From assembly GCA_951406725.2 (NCBI GenBank), contig OX597829.1, positions 24,428,001 through 24,492,000 on the forward strand: a DNA stretch of 64,000 nt, in the 5' to 3' direction. The translations under genes and the position numbers were made by a program. The DNA is from Octopus vulgaris. Its lineage: Eukaryota. The notes under the pieces are model-generated. The model was not told the origin of the DNA. It did no database searches and worked only from the letters and a program-made list of their open reading frames with translations. Below are positions 51,701 through 64,000 of the stretch, piece by piece (position 1 is the stretch's first letter; each line of letters starts with the position of its first letter).

Positions 51701-52326
51701 GTGTCCCAGCAAAGTCACAGTTCACTGACTGATACAAGTAAAATAATGAATTGAAGAATTGTTTGAAATCTGTGTGTCTAAGTGTGTGCATGTGTGTGTG
51801 TGTATAAGTTAGAATCTTAACAGAGAATTCAAGGAAAGATAACCCAAAATTTAACCTTACTAATTTAAGAAATAGGTTAGCGTGAACTATTTCTTCATTA
51901 AGATTTTGAAATTAAGTCAGTAAACAAATTGTACCCATTCTCTCCCCCACTTTTCTCTCTTTCTCTCATAAGAATATTTATATATGTGTGTGTGTTTCAG
52001 CCCAAAGGCTATGGCTATGCTGGGCCACAGCCTTGGGATTTGTCTATATTACCTTGGTGTCCTTATTATTAGAATTCTTTGATTCTATTGAATCCTGAAA
52101 ATAATCATATATGATGAAATCTCCCGTCAGAGATGATGAATCAATGTTCAGTTTTTGCTGAACAATAAGTGACTTACTTACAGTAATCAAATTTAGGTGC
52201 TCACTCTTCCATCAAAATTGATGTTCCCCAAACAAGCAATTATGGAGCAATTAAGACAAAGTGTTTTGCTCAAGAACACAACACACCACCAGTCCACAAA
52301 TTGAAACCACAATCTCAGGTGCATAC

Positions 52327-52373
<47 letters not shown>

Positions 52374-52967
52374 TTATATCTATATACCCATACATACACT
52401 CATGTATTTTTTATCTTTTATGTGCTTCAGTCATTGGATAGGAGCCATGCTGGAGCACTGTCCAGAAGGGTTTCAGTCGACTGAATCAAACCCAGTGCTT
52501 TTTTTTTTGTTTGTTTTTAAAGCTTGATACTTATTCTATTAGACTTCAGTCTCTTACTGGTGAACTGCTAAGTTACAGGGATATAATATACCAACACTGG
52601 TTGTCAATCAGTGTTGGATGACATAAAGCCTCTTATATAGATATTTAATGCTTTACAAGCTCAGCAACATAAGTGGCAGACAAGAATTGTCTAGCACTGG
52701 TGGTAGAATTGTGAAATTACATGATTTCAGCATGTTTGTGCTTCATCAGCAGCAGGTATCCACTTAACTGTGCATGCTAGCCAAATCTTGCTTCAATTGA
52801 TAAGTAGATAAACTGCCTATTCCAGTCACTGGTGCCATAAGTAGCTGGCAGGTTGAGTAAAAAATTAAATATTAGCAACAGAAGCAGTATTAAAGCCATA
52901 TAGCCACCTTTAAGATTCTACTTAATGCGAATGTATTGTAAGAACATTAGAATACTGCAGTATTTAC

Positions 52968-53143
52968 ACTTCTATATTTAAGAGAAGGGGAATTATGCCC
53001 ATTATTTACATTTGACGGATATTTGTCCTCATCTTGTTTGTTGCTAACACAACGTTTTGACTGATATACCCTCCAGCCTTCATCAGGTGTCCTGGGGAAA
53101 TTTCGAACCAGGGTTCTCATTCCTAAGGTATTTTTCAATGTTG

Positions 53144-53182
<39 letters not shown>

Positions 53183-53485
53183 TCAGTGTCTGGAATCGAA
53201 CTCGGAATCTTCGGGTTAGTAACCTGCACTCTTAACCACTATGCAATATGCTCACGGGCATATGGCGTAGTGGTTAAGAGCACGGGTTACTAACCCCAAG
53301 ATTCCGAGTTTGATTCCCAAGCAGTGACCTGAATAATAATAACATCGAAAAATACCTTAGAAATGAGAACCCAGGTTCAAAATTTTCCTAAGACACCTGA
53401 TGAAGGCTGGAGGGTATATCAGCCGAAATGTTATGTTAGCAACAAACAAGATGAGGACAAATATCTGTCAAATGTAAATAATGTA
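52968..53485. mobile_element. Palindromic head-to-head element of the same tRNA-head/hammerhead Penelope repeat family
   Basis: Arms at about 53001-53252 and 53255-53482 are reverse complements around ATATGCTC-AC-GGGCATAT. Hammerhead motifs at 53046-53091 (-) and 53392-53437 (+). Confidence 0.8.
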
Positions 53486-55940
53486 CAGCAGCTTTTGTCC
53501 TGAGAAAACTTCTTGTATAGACTTTCAGTGCTAACACTGTATTATATATCATATTACATATGATATAACATAATGTAAGTACTAACAAGTTGCCTGTAAT
53601 GACAACAGATATAGACCTCAATATCAATGCGAATAGAGGACAATATTCATTGGATGATACGATCATGGAGACTCATATACAGGGCTTCAAATTTCTGTGT
53701 CAACGATATGATGATCACTGCACTTCTTCAGCTGTCACAGGCCATTTTATATATTATCATCATCATCATCGTCATTATCATCATGTCATTTAACTTCCGT
53801 TTTCCATGTTGGCATGGGTTAACAGCTTGATAGGAGCTGACAAACCAGAGAACAACACCAAGCTCCACTGTCTGCTTTTGACGGGTTTTTTTTACAGCTG
53901 GATGCCCTTACTAACACCAACCACTTTGACTGACATAAAGCTATGTAGTCTACAATATGGATGATCTTGGATTATTAATATTATGACCTTAATCTACATT
54001 ATAAATATCTTAGCATATCCATGAGAAAAATAAATATTCTAAGCATACTAGTGTAAAATATCCTATTCCATCAATGTGAAGAATGTAAATGAAATTAGGT
54101 CATCAGAAACTATTTACAATATATTTTGTAATTGTATTTTCTGCAGCGAGGAGAACTATCAGCTGAAATACCTGGGTACTTGCTTAAGAACTTGAATTTT
54201 ATTTTATTTCAGTTACAAAAGTCCCAAAACTGAAATAGATATTGCAAGGCACCACCTTTGACAGCCCAACATTCTAATACACCCTTGAGGTGGAAGAGTA
54301 CTTTACTCATTGACCCTTGAAAGAGAGAATAACTTATCTGTGCATACGCACACGCATGTGCACACACACACACACATGTGCACGTACACACCGCATCTAT
54401 AATCATATTGAAACAATTATTATCTGCATATCCTTTTCTTCTAGTAGACTTCTGATAGCAAAGGAAGAATCCATGATTAAACTATTTGAAAACTGTTGAT
54501 CTTCACTTTTTCACAACACTTCCTGTTGATGGACTTGTCTTACATTTAGAAGAGGAGCAGGACTTTCCCAATAATCACTTTCAAAAAGTCTTTTCAAATT
54601 TTAATGACTGAAATAATTTCATAAGTCAAATGATAAACAAGAGCTATGATTTGCGTCCAACAACAAACTAAAGAATAAGAATAATAAAATAAATTGTTTA
54701 TGGGATATAGACAGACATATCAGATCCAACACTGTTTTAAAGGCACTCAAATGGCAGTGTGGTAAGAAGTTTGCTTTCTAATCAAATGGTTTAGGTTCAG
54801 TCACTCTGTGTGGCACCTTGGGCAAGTGTTTTCTACTATACTGCCAGGCTGATCAAAGGATTGTGGGTGGATTCAATAGGCAGAAACTGAATGAAACCAG
54901 TTGTGTATGTGTGTGTGTGTGTGTGAGATAGAGAGAAAGAGAGTGTGAGTGTATCTTTGTATTTGTGTCTTCTTAACCTACCACTTAATAACCAGTGTTG
55001 GTTTGTATATGTTCCTGTAAATGAGCAGATCAGGGAAAAGAAACTGACAGACCGGGAAAAACAAACTGACAGATTGGGAAAAAGAAACAGACTTTAAAAG
55101 TAAAAGATACTGGCTTTGATTTGTTTGTTTAAAACCCTTCAAGATGGTCCCCCATTATGGCTGCAGTCCAATGACTGAAACAAGTAAAAGATAATGGATA
55201 AAATATAGATCAACAAGTTTGTCCTTTATACCTTCTGCACTTACATAATTGCATTGATGAAGAGTATTTCTATCCAAAATATGAAGGTGACAAAAAATTT
55301 TTTTTTTTTTTTAAAACAGCCATAAAGAAAGTTCTAGTGGAGAAATGTCAGGTTGTTCATGCTGATGATATGAAAGGGATATATTGTTATTTACATTAGT
55401 GGCAATAGATTAATAATAAAAATAATAAAAAAAACATTAATGAATTATAAAATGAGGCATTATCTTACCTCCATCATTGTCATATTTAGAACCCACTTCC
55501 TCTGGAACATGAAACGATTGTCAGACTTATCTTGGAAACTTTTGGAACAAAAGCTTCAAAAATTTATTCCCCCCACATAAGTACACAAATTACAGAATAA
55601 TTCACAATTTGAGACTGAATATTATTATTTTACCATTGTAGATTATTCTCTTTTTCCCTGCACTTTACTAAATATCTCTTAAACCTGGCTATATTTTTAA
55701 AATTAAGATTCTATAATCAAATGTCATATGTTTTGAAACAATATGTTTTGAAACAATTTAAATCTGTACAAGCTATATTCTTTTTAAACAATACAATTAA
55801 TTCTAAAATTAGATATTATTATGTAATAACTGTAAATTACCACATTGAGATATTCTTTAGTCAAACACATAAACCACAACAATTAAGATTTATATATCAC
55901 ACTAGTTGTTATACAATAACACTTACTTCAGTAGTGTGTG

Positions 55941-55977
<37 letters not shown>

Positions 55978-57927
55978 TAACTATATTAAAATAAAATTAT
56001 ATTTCATTTTGTGATTTGTTGGTCTCATATCAAATCGTTTTGTTCTTTTCATTCTTCACACTGTGAAGTATATTTGCCAATTAAATGTGGCTAACCACTA
56101 AGGGTGGATGCTGCCACATTTAAGTGACAAATATACTTCACATTGTCATGCAGCTACTGTTTATACCTCGTTTAGAGATTTATGATTGATTCTTCACACT
56201 ACCATTGATAAATTGAGTCCCAGAATCAGACTATAGGATGTGCCAATCAAATACATTTGTCTTACAGAAAGAATTCTCTCACTTCTAATTAAAAGCAATC
56301 GCAGCACACATGACTTTCAGAAACACTTCCCCTCATGCTCAGAATTATTGAAGAATGGCATAAACTATCTGCATTAGTTTTAGCCATCAGGACACTGTAT
56401 CCTTCAAAAATTTTATGCTTCCTGAAACTCACCAACACTACTCCTGACCTATCTATGTACCCTTTCCTCTTTATGACATTTTATTATTCAGTTTTTTATC
56501 TTCTTAGTGTTTTATTTTGTGTACTGTGTATGTACTTCTAACCTCCATTTCTAACTTTCTGTACTTGGTTTAAGTGTCTGCTTTCTGTCCTTTCTTTTAT
56601 CCTTTTCTGATGAGTTGTAGTGCACGTCAGCACTGTATACAATAAACTTATTGTCATTATAGTGTCAGTTCTAATACCACTCAACTTTATAATCTTCGCC
56701 TCCCTTACTTACATAATATAGATTGGTTCTCTCTGTGATCTTTCTTCAGCTGTTCTCATCTTCACTATCTCCTATTTTAAGGAGTCTTACTTAAGTATTT
56801 CCCTACTTCTTTTTATGGTTTAGTCCTTTTGTGTTCTTCTCTCCAACCATTCTTCATTTTCTAACACAACCAACATTTCCAACAAAAAGAGTCTGTTTGC
56901 TACCAGATAATCATCTGTAGACATAACATTTCAAGAAATCAGGTTCCATTACAGATCTACATTTGTTGTAAGGATTCCAAGGAAATGAAGAGAAAAATTC
57001 CAGAATATATTTTTGATAGTCAAAACTTACAGCTTTAAAAAATCCTTTCTGAATGACTTGCTGATTCCAATTCAGTTATGATATCTTTTCTAAACTACAG
57101 AACAACTGGTGCACCTTTCTCTCCCTCTCTCTCACTCACACACGCACATACACACACTAATATACTGTCCTAATAAAAATGCTCATAGCCGTTTCATTAG
57201 AACACACAGAACTTTATGATTACCTTTGCTACAAACTATAAAACCTCTGGTAGATTCAAATCTTAATATGCTAATCACTGTTCTAATGAACACAACAGTG
57301 ATTAGTATATTTGTACTTGAATCTACCAAAACATATTAAGAATAAATGTCCAAGTCATTGTTTTGAATCTCACTATTCACCAGGAACATGATGACTTATT
57401 ATAAAACCGTGTGATATCTTACAATATTACTTGAACTGATAAAAGTAACAGCCAGTGTAACCCTAACTGTCTTAAAAAGGGAAGAACACCTCTGATAATG
57501 TAGTCCTAGATTCATCATACCTGAATATAAGATGGGTGATAAATGCTGGATTGCCTTTATTTGTGGATCCACTCGTTTAAGGCTAACTTGGGGCTAAACG
57601 ACAACAAGAACTCACACACGTTATATTGTGTATTTGAATGTAAATACACAATAAAAATGTACACATGCACATGCATGCATAACTGCTATCTAAAATATGT
57701 CACAGTCTACCCTGGATTGTATAGATAAATTTGTTTATAATGTTAGAGATTAAGCAGAATAGAGTAACATCTACTAACTTATTGATACAACAACAATTAC
57801 TGACAGTTAATAAACACGTAACAGAAAAACAGAACAGGAAGCATGGAACATGAATACCTGTTCGTATACACACACATGCAAACATATGCATATAAACAAA
57901 CATTTTACACACATACAAATATATTTA

Positions 57928-57962
<35 letters not shown>

Positions 57963-57968
<6 letters not shown>

Positions 57969-58841
57969 AGGTGGGGGGAAAGAGGGGGAAAAAATGGAAA
58001 AAATAATGGATGTGTGAATAATTTATTTGTATGTTATAAAATGATGAAAATTCCTTTTAAAACACAGTACAAATAAACTGATTACAAGTTGTAAAGCTCA
58101 AAAAATAAAATAAAGGAACCCACATATATGTTTCAGTCCTATCATCTAGTTGATCAGAAATTCCAAGTATTGCGTTAAATGCTAAGGAAGGTATCATATT
58201 CTAACTATATGGTGGTAGGATTTATTCAGGGTTAATTCTGAGCTCATGGAACTTAGGTAATCGTTTTTCTTTTGAAGGATGCATACAGAATATTAGTGGG
58301 TTAAAGAAGTTAAAAGCTATATATAGTAAGTGTATCTAATTGATGGGTTCATGTATATATTCATGAATATACCATATACTATAAATTAGAAAATAAATAA
58401 ATAAATAAAATATGCATAAAAAAATTTAAATAAAATCAAGCTAAAAAGCTAAAATAAACAACATTAAAAACATAGATTTTTCTTATTGGTTTAGTAATAG
58501 ATACAGTTGTGGAAAGATAGAGAGGAATAGCAATGTATGACATTATCAGAATAGAGGACAGATGAAAGTTTGAAAAATAACTGTTATAATACGTATCTAT
58601 TCAAACTTATAAACCGTTTATAAATTTTACTAGATATGCATTATAACAGTTTTAACCCAATGCTTGGAATTTCTGATTAACTAGGTGATAGGACTGAAAC
58701 ACATATTTATTTTTTGAGTTTTACAACTTGTAATCAATTTATTTGTACTGTGTTTTAAAAAGAAATTTTCATCACTTTATAACATACAAATAAATTATTC
58801 ATACATTCGTCGTTTCTCCATTTTCTTTTTTCCCCTTAATA
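57963..58841. repeat. Inverted repeat of about 190-215-bp arms around an AT-rich spacer
   Basis: 57963-58179 is the diverged reverse complement of 58651-58841. It starts at the end of a (TA)n tract. Confidence 0.75.
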
Positions 58842-58965
58842 TTGATAATGTATGCCTTCAATAATCCCTAACATATACCAATGTCTTTCGCATTATATGA
58901 TAGGGATTAGCCAGTGGAATACCTTGGACTATATAATCCCTAATGAGGACATAACTTCCTTGAAT

Positions 58966-59019
<54 letters not shown>

Positions 59020-59951
59020 CATACATACATACATACATACATAAAGAGAGTGAGATAGACAGAAGGGTAATTAAATCATTATTTTGTCTTTACGGCCATG
59101 CTGGTGTGTGTGTGTGTTTGTGGTTGCATAAGGCATACATGCAGAGGTATGCTTGCGTGATTAAGATGTTGCATGGCACTTTGAGTATTTTCTACTCTAT
59201 CTTCAGGTGAAGCAAAGCTTTGTGAGAGGGTCTGGCACACAGAAACTGAAAGAAGCCCATTACATACACACACACACACACACACATTATTAACGTTTGT
59301 TTTCCTATTAAGTTATATATAAAAACAACTTAACATTAAACTGTATAATTAGTCTTTTTTTTTTTTTTTTTTTTTGTAGAATACATGTTTAGTAAATTTT
59401 TACAAGAAAAAGAATGACACTGACTGCAAAGTTTTGAACTGCTCGACTTCACTGCACTGTCAGGCTGAAACTTCGAAGTTACTGTCATCTCTTTTCTTGT
59501 AAAAGTTTGATATGCATGTATGATGTGTATGTGTGTAATTATTTCTCTTTCTCTTGAGGTTGTGTTCTGGTGGTAAACAAATGGCACTGTCATTTAGCAA
59601 GTGTCACATGTTTGTAATCTTCCATGAAAAACATGTCCAATATTCGGCTGTTCATGTATGGAAGGACTAAAGAAAATATTACTTTGCTTGGAATCAGGGG
59701 AGGGTTGGCAATCAGAAGGGAATCCAGCTGTAGAAAAATCTGTCTCGGTGAAGTCCATCTGAGTCATGGAAGCATAGAATAGTTGGTGCTAAACAATGAT
59801 GAGGAATTCATATTTCACCCTTTTGATAGTGTCATGTATTGAACTCCTTATGAATATATAACAAATGCTAAACATTTGTTTAAATAAGTAAAAGCTGCCA
59901 ATCACATGGTATGCACAAGTTTTATGTGAATGTTTTTATTTTATATATATA

Positions 59952-60410
59952 TCATCATCATCATCATCATCATCATTTAACGTCCGCTTTCCATGCTAGC
60001 ATGGGTTGGACGGTTCAACTGGGGTCTGGGGAGCCCGAAGGCTGCACCAGGCCAGTCAGATCTGGCAGTGTTTCTACAGCTGGATGCCCTTCCTAACGCC
60101 AACCACTCCGAGAGTGTAGTGGGTGATTTTATGTGCCACCGACACAGGTGCCAGACGAGGCTGGCGAACGGCCACGCTCGGATGGTGTTTTTTTTTTATG
60201 TGCCACCGACACAGGTGCCAGACGAGGCTGGCAGACGGCCACGCTTGGATGGTGTTTTTATGTGCCACCGACACAGGTGCCAGATGAGGCTGGCAAACGG
60301 CCACGATCAGATGGTGTTTGTTACGTGCCCACAGCACGGAGGCCAGTCGATGCGGTAGTGGCTACGGCCACGTTCGGATGGTTTTCTTGTGTGCCACCGG
60401 CACTGGTACC
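59952..60410 (-). mobile_element. (GAT)n-tailed RTE 3'-end repeat (truncated LINE or RTE-mobilised SINE)
   Basis: (CAT)n-TTAACGTCCGCTTTCCATGCTAGCATGGGTTGGACGG... with tandem GTGCCACCGACACAGG units. Nearly identical to 26280-26495. More copies at about 31830-32280, 36640-36935 and 50715-50938. Confidence 0.75.
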
Positions 60411-61462
60411 ACAATATATATATATATATTGCTATTAAAATAAACGGGGACACAACTGATTCCATTGCTACATGATTACAGCTGATGTTACTCCTTCTCA
60501 TACATTCTGCTGTTGGTTATTGTTCTGCTATGAGATATAAATTCGCAGTTTACAACTGTTCCTATACCTGTGCTTATGAAATAAACAAATTACAAAACTT
60601 GACAAATAGTAATCCACTAGAGACAACCATCTCTGATTCTATAATAGCAACCTATCAGAGAACAACACTCAACTGTTTTCAAGCAAAGTAATACGACCCC
60701 AATCTAAAGATCAACACCCAGCTTGGACATGCTTTCAGAGAGAACTACAAGCAAATAATAACACTGTTTGAATGAAAAATTATGCTTTTGTTTACAATCA
60801 GTGTGCACATGTTAAGACAAGAGGAATTCACACTCAATCACATATACCCATTCAAGCTTTTTCCAACCTGCATCACCAGTAGAATTCTGTAGCTAACAGT
60901 GTCCATGCAGTGGGACCTAACCCCTTAATCATGAGGTGATTCCAGATCAAACTTCTGAACCCACACAGTCATACCTGTATCTATGAACTGATCTCCAGAA
61001 ATAATCACCAGGTTTAATGTACATCAACATTATCATTTAAAGTCAATTTTCCATACTGGCATGGGCTGTACAGGTCAACAGGAGCTGGTGAGCTAAAGGA
61101 CTGTACCAAACTTCATCTGCTTTGGTAAGGTCAATATGACTCGATGCTCTTCCTAACACTGAACATTTTACAGAATCTACTGACTTTTTTTATGTGGAAC
61201 TAGCACCAGTGAGGTCAGCAGGTAACTCACTGGTGGCATTGCCATGCAAAAGTACTCAGTACACACTGTAAAGCAGATGGCATTAGTAAGCGCATCCTGC
61301 CCACAGAAACCATACCAAAGCCGACATTGGAATTTGAACAAATTACATATGTGATCCAGTAAAGAAACAGTATAGAAATATAAAATTAGTTGTGGAGTTA
61401 ATTAACAATTAAACCCATTAAATTTTAATGTGAATTGTCATCAATGTATATTTTTGACTTAC

Positions 61463-61724
61463 CAAGAGCTTTAATGGCATGTTCTACATTCTTTCGGGGG
61501 AAACCCATTTCTTGCAACTGGAACACCACAGGAGGCAAAGGCTGCTGCAGTGAACTTTGTCGTACTCTTTTGGACTTAGGGGTACGGTTTGGAGATACCT
61601 GAGACACTGATGCAGAATTGACTAGGTAAGGCACAATATCTTCGCTGTCAGAACTGGAGTCAAAGACATCTTGTGGCTGTCCGGATACAGCTGTTAAGTA
61701 CTGACAAACAGCCATTGCTGCAGC
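61463..61724 (-). CDS. HERC2: HERC2 exon (first in window); start of UBA-like domain
   Basis: ttgcag|GCT...CTTG|gtaag. Encodes AAAMAVCQYL...QLQEMGFPRKNVEHAIKALG, matching recalled HERC2 AAALAVCQCL...QLMEMGFSRRNIEFALKSL. 262 nt, phase 0-1. Confidence 0.92.
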
Positions 61725-61735
61725 CTGCAACAGAA

Positions 61736-61776
<41 letters not shown>

Positions 61777-62042
61777 CAGCAACAACAACAGCAACAACAA
61801 CAGCAACAACAACAGCAACAACAACAACAATGATGATGATGACGATTTCAAATTTTGGTACAAGTCCTGCATGTTCGGGGGTGGGGCTAAGTCAATTACA
61901 TTGACCCCAGTGCTCAACTGGTGCTTGTTTGGTTGACCCCGAAAGAATGAAAGGCAAAGCCAACGTCAGCAAGCAGAATTTGAACTCAGAACAAAGACAG
62001 ATGAAATGCTACTAAGCATTTTCTCCTGACAAATAATAATTG

Positions 62043-62080
<38 letters not shown>

Positions 62081-62888
62081 GATGATGATTTCTTTATTAA
62101 CCACAAAGAGTTTACATTATGAAAAACATTTTGGGCAGTAGAGGACAAAACAAAGAATGTGTGCGAGTGTGTTGTTGTTGTTGCATGTAAACTGGTTTAA
62201 CATAATGAGGGGAGGGATGATAGGCAAACTATCAAAGCAAGGTCAGTACTCAACTGATACTTATTTTATTAACCTTGAAAGGACGAAAGGCAAAGTGGTG
62301 GTGGTGATAATAGTAGTAGTAATAGTGGACTCTCCCGTTGAAAATGACATTATGAGTGGTCAGCTTTTGTCGAATGACCTGCACAAATGAGTTGTTTATG
62401 GTGATCAAATGTATGTGCTGTACATTAGCTCACCTCACTCCATCAAATCAACATTACCTGAACAAATGCACAATGTACCATGAGTTAGGTGTTGCAGTAA
62501 TTGCAGAGAAACATAAAATAAAGTGCTTTGCTCAAGAATAGAATCCACTGCCCGGTCTAGGAATTGAAACCACAATCTTGTGATCATGAGTGCAACACCA
62601 TAACTACTAAAGTAGTAGCAGTAGTAGTTTCAAATTTTGACATAAGGCTAGCAGTTTTTGAAGGGAGAGAGAGGTCAAATACATCAACCCTAGAAGTTGA
62701 CTGGTAGTTCTTTTATTGACCATGAAAGGATGAAAGTCAACCTTAGTGGAATTTGGACTCAGAACATAAAGAACATAAATGCTGATAAGCATTTTGTCTG
62801 GCTTACTAATAGTTCTGCCAGCTTACCACCCTTTTTTTTTATCATTATTAGATTTTAAAGGATTGACATAGCTCTTCACAAAAGTATA

Positions 62889-63114
62889 TAGACAATACAA
62901 AGAGCACGATGCAATTGCAATAGATATTTTAGTGGTTGAGCGATATTTCAACAGCTTGCTTGTCTTTGTTGGTTCAAAATGAAAAGTGCTACATCGAAAT
63001 TCAAAATTATAGAAATTCAACATTTTGAACTCGACAAAGATAGGCAAACTATCAAAATATCATTCAGCCAATAAAATATCTATTGCAATCACATTATGCT
63101 CTTCGTATTGTCTA
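62889..63114. repeat. Fold-back/MITE-like inverted repeat (about 93-bp arms)
   Basis: TAGACAATACAAAGAGCA...GGTTCAAAATG pairs with CATTTTGAAC...TGCTCTTCGTATTGTCTA. Most mismatches are transitions. Confidence 0.7.
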
Positions 63115-63182
63115 TTATTATTATTATACTAAGGCTGGCAGAACCATTAGCACACTGGGCAAAAACTACAGAAATACATATA

Positions 63183-63552
63183 CTCTTTTATTCCTAGTTT
63201 CAGTCATTTGACTGAGGCCATGCTGGAGCACTGTCTTTAGTCGAGCAAATTGATCCCAGGACTTATTCTTTGTAAGCCTAGTACTTATTCTAGCAGTCTC
63301 TTTTGCCGAACTGCTAAGTTACAGGGACGAAAACATACCAGCATCAGTTGTCAAGTGATGTTGGGGGGACAAACACACACACACACACACGACGGGCTTC
63401 TTTCAGTTTCTGTCTACCAAATCCACTCACAAAGGTTTGGTTGGCCCGAGGCTATAGTAGAAGACACTTGCCCAAGGTGCCATGTAGTGGCACTGAACCC
63501 GGAACCATGTGGTTCATAAGCAAGCTACTTACCACACAGCCACTCCTACGCT
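63183..63552 (-). mobile_element. tRNA-derived CORE-like SINE
   Basis: Minus-strand head GTGGCTGTGTGGTAAG...GGTTCAGTGCC, then ACCTTGGGCAAGTGTCTT and a 3' part ending ...TGACTGAAAC. Copies at about 14050-14230, 23370-23763, 35870-36065 and 54755-55190. Confidence 0.7.
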
Positions 63553-64000
63553 TATACCTATTGTCATCATTATGATAATCATCCTCTAATGTCCATTTTT
63601 GATGTTGACATGAGTTGAATGGCTTAACAGGAACTGGCCAGCTGGAGAGCTGCACCAGGCTCCAGTAAATATGTAAACAGTTGTTAAGTATACAATAAAA
63701 TCACACATATGAGAAAGAAAGAGAGCAAGAAGGAGGGAAGGAGAGAGAGGTGAGAGAAAGAGAAGTGTGAACAGTTGAGGCGTGCGGCACACTGATGAGA
63801 ACAGATACAGAAGACTACATTCTGAAAATGTTGAGAAAGCTACTCTCTGAAATGCCAAATCATCATTATCATCATCATCGTTTAACGTCCGCTTTCCATG
63901 CTGGTATGGGTCGGACGAATCCTGAGTAACTTCTTTATTATTTTAACTTTTTATTATTTCAATGCTTAAACATTCAGATTACTCTGTCAAATGTAAAGCT

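Noticed and set aside
53256-53330. tRNA gene
   Set aside because: It has A/B boxes, but the stems are imperfect and it sits in a multi-copy repeat, so I treat it as a tRNA-derived head. The same applies to the SINE heads.

Overview
AT-rich, microsatellite- and repeat-dense eukaryotic genomic DNA, most likely from an Octopus species (inferred from the SINE/LINE repertoire; not proven). The window lies inside one large minus-strand gene, HERC2. I could chain 25 GT-AG exons from 61724 down to 11482 (4389 nt, 1463 codons) with consistent splice phases and no stops. They encode the UBA-like, CPH, ZZ, DOC/APC10 and RLD2 (RCC1 repeat) regions and the linker toward RLD3; both ends of the gene lie outside the window. 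The introns hold a near-full-length but dead RTE-clade LINE with a PHD finger inside its RT C-terminal region, plus a second truncated copy. They also hold CR1, R4/Dong-like and Penelope-like remnants, mariner, piggyBac and hAT-type non-autonomous elements, and several tRNA-derived SINE families. The most interesting signals are: (i) two fold-back Penelope-derived elements whose repeat joins a tRNA-like Pol III head to a minimal hammerhead ribozyme; (ii) a second hammerhead with an expanded stem II downstream of a GIY-YIG remnant; (iii) a frame-preserving 33-nt candidate microexon in the 14.8-kb HERC2 intron; and (iv) HERC2 codons that A-to-I editing would restore to the conserved residue. Comparisons with human HERC2 and repeat-family names are from memory, not database searches.
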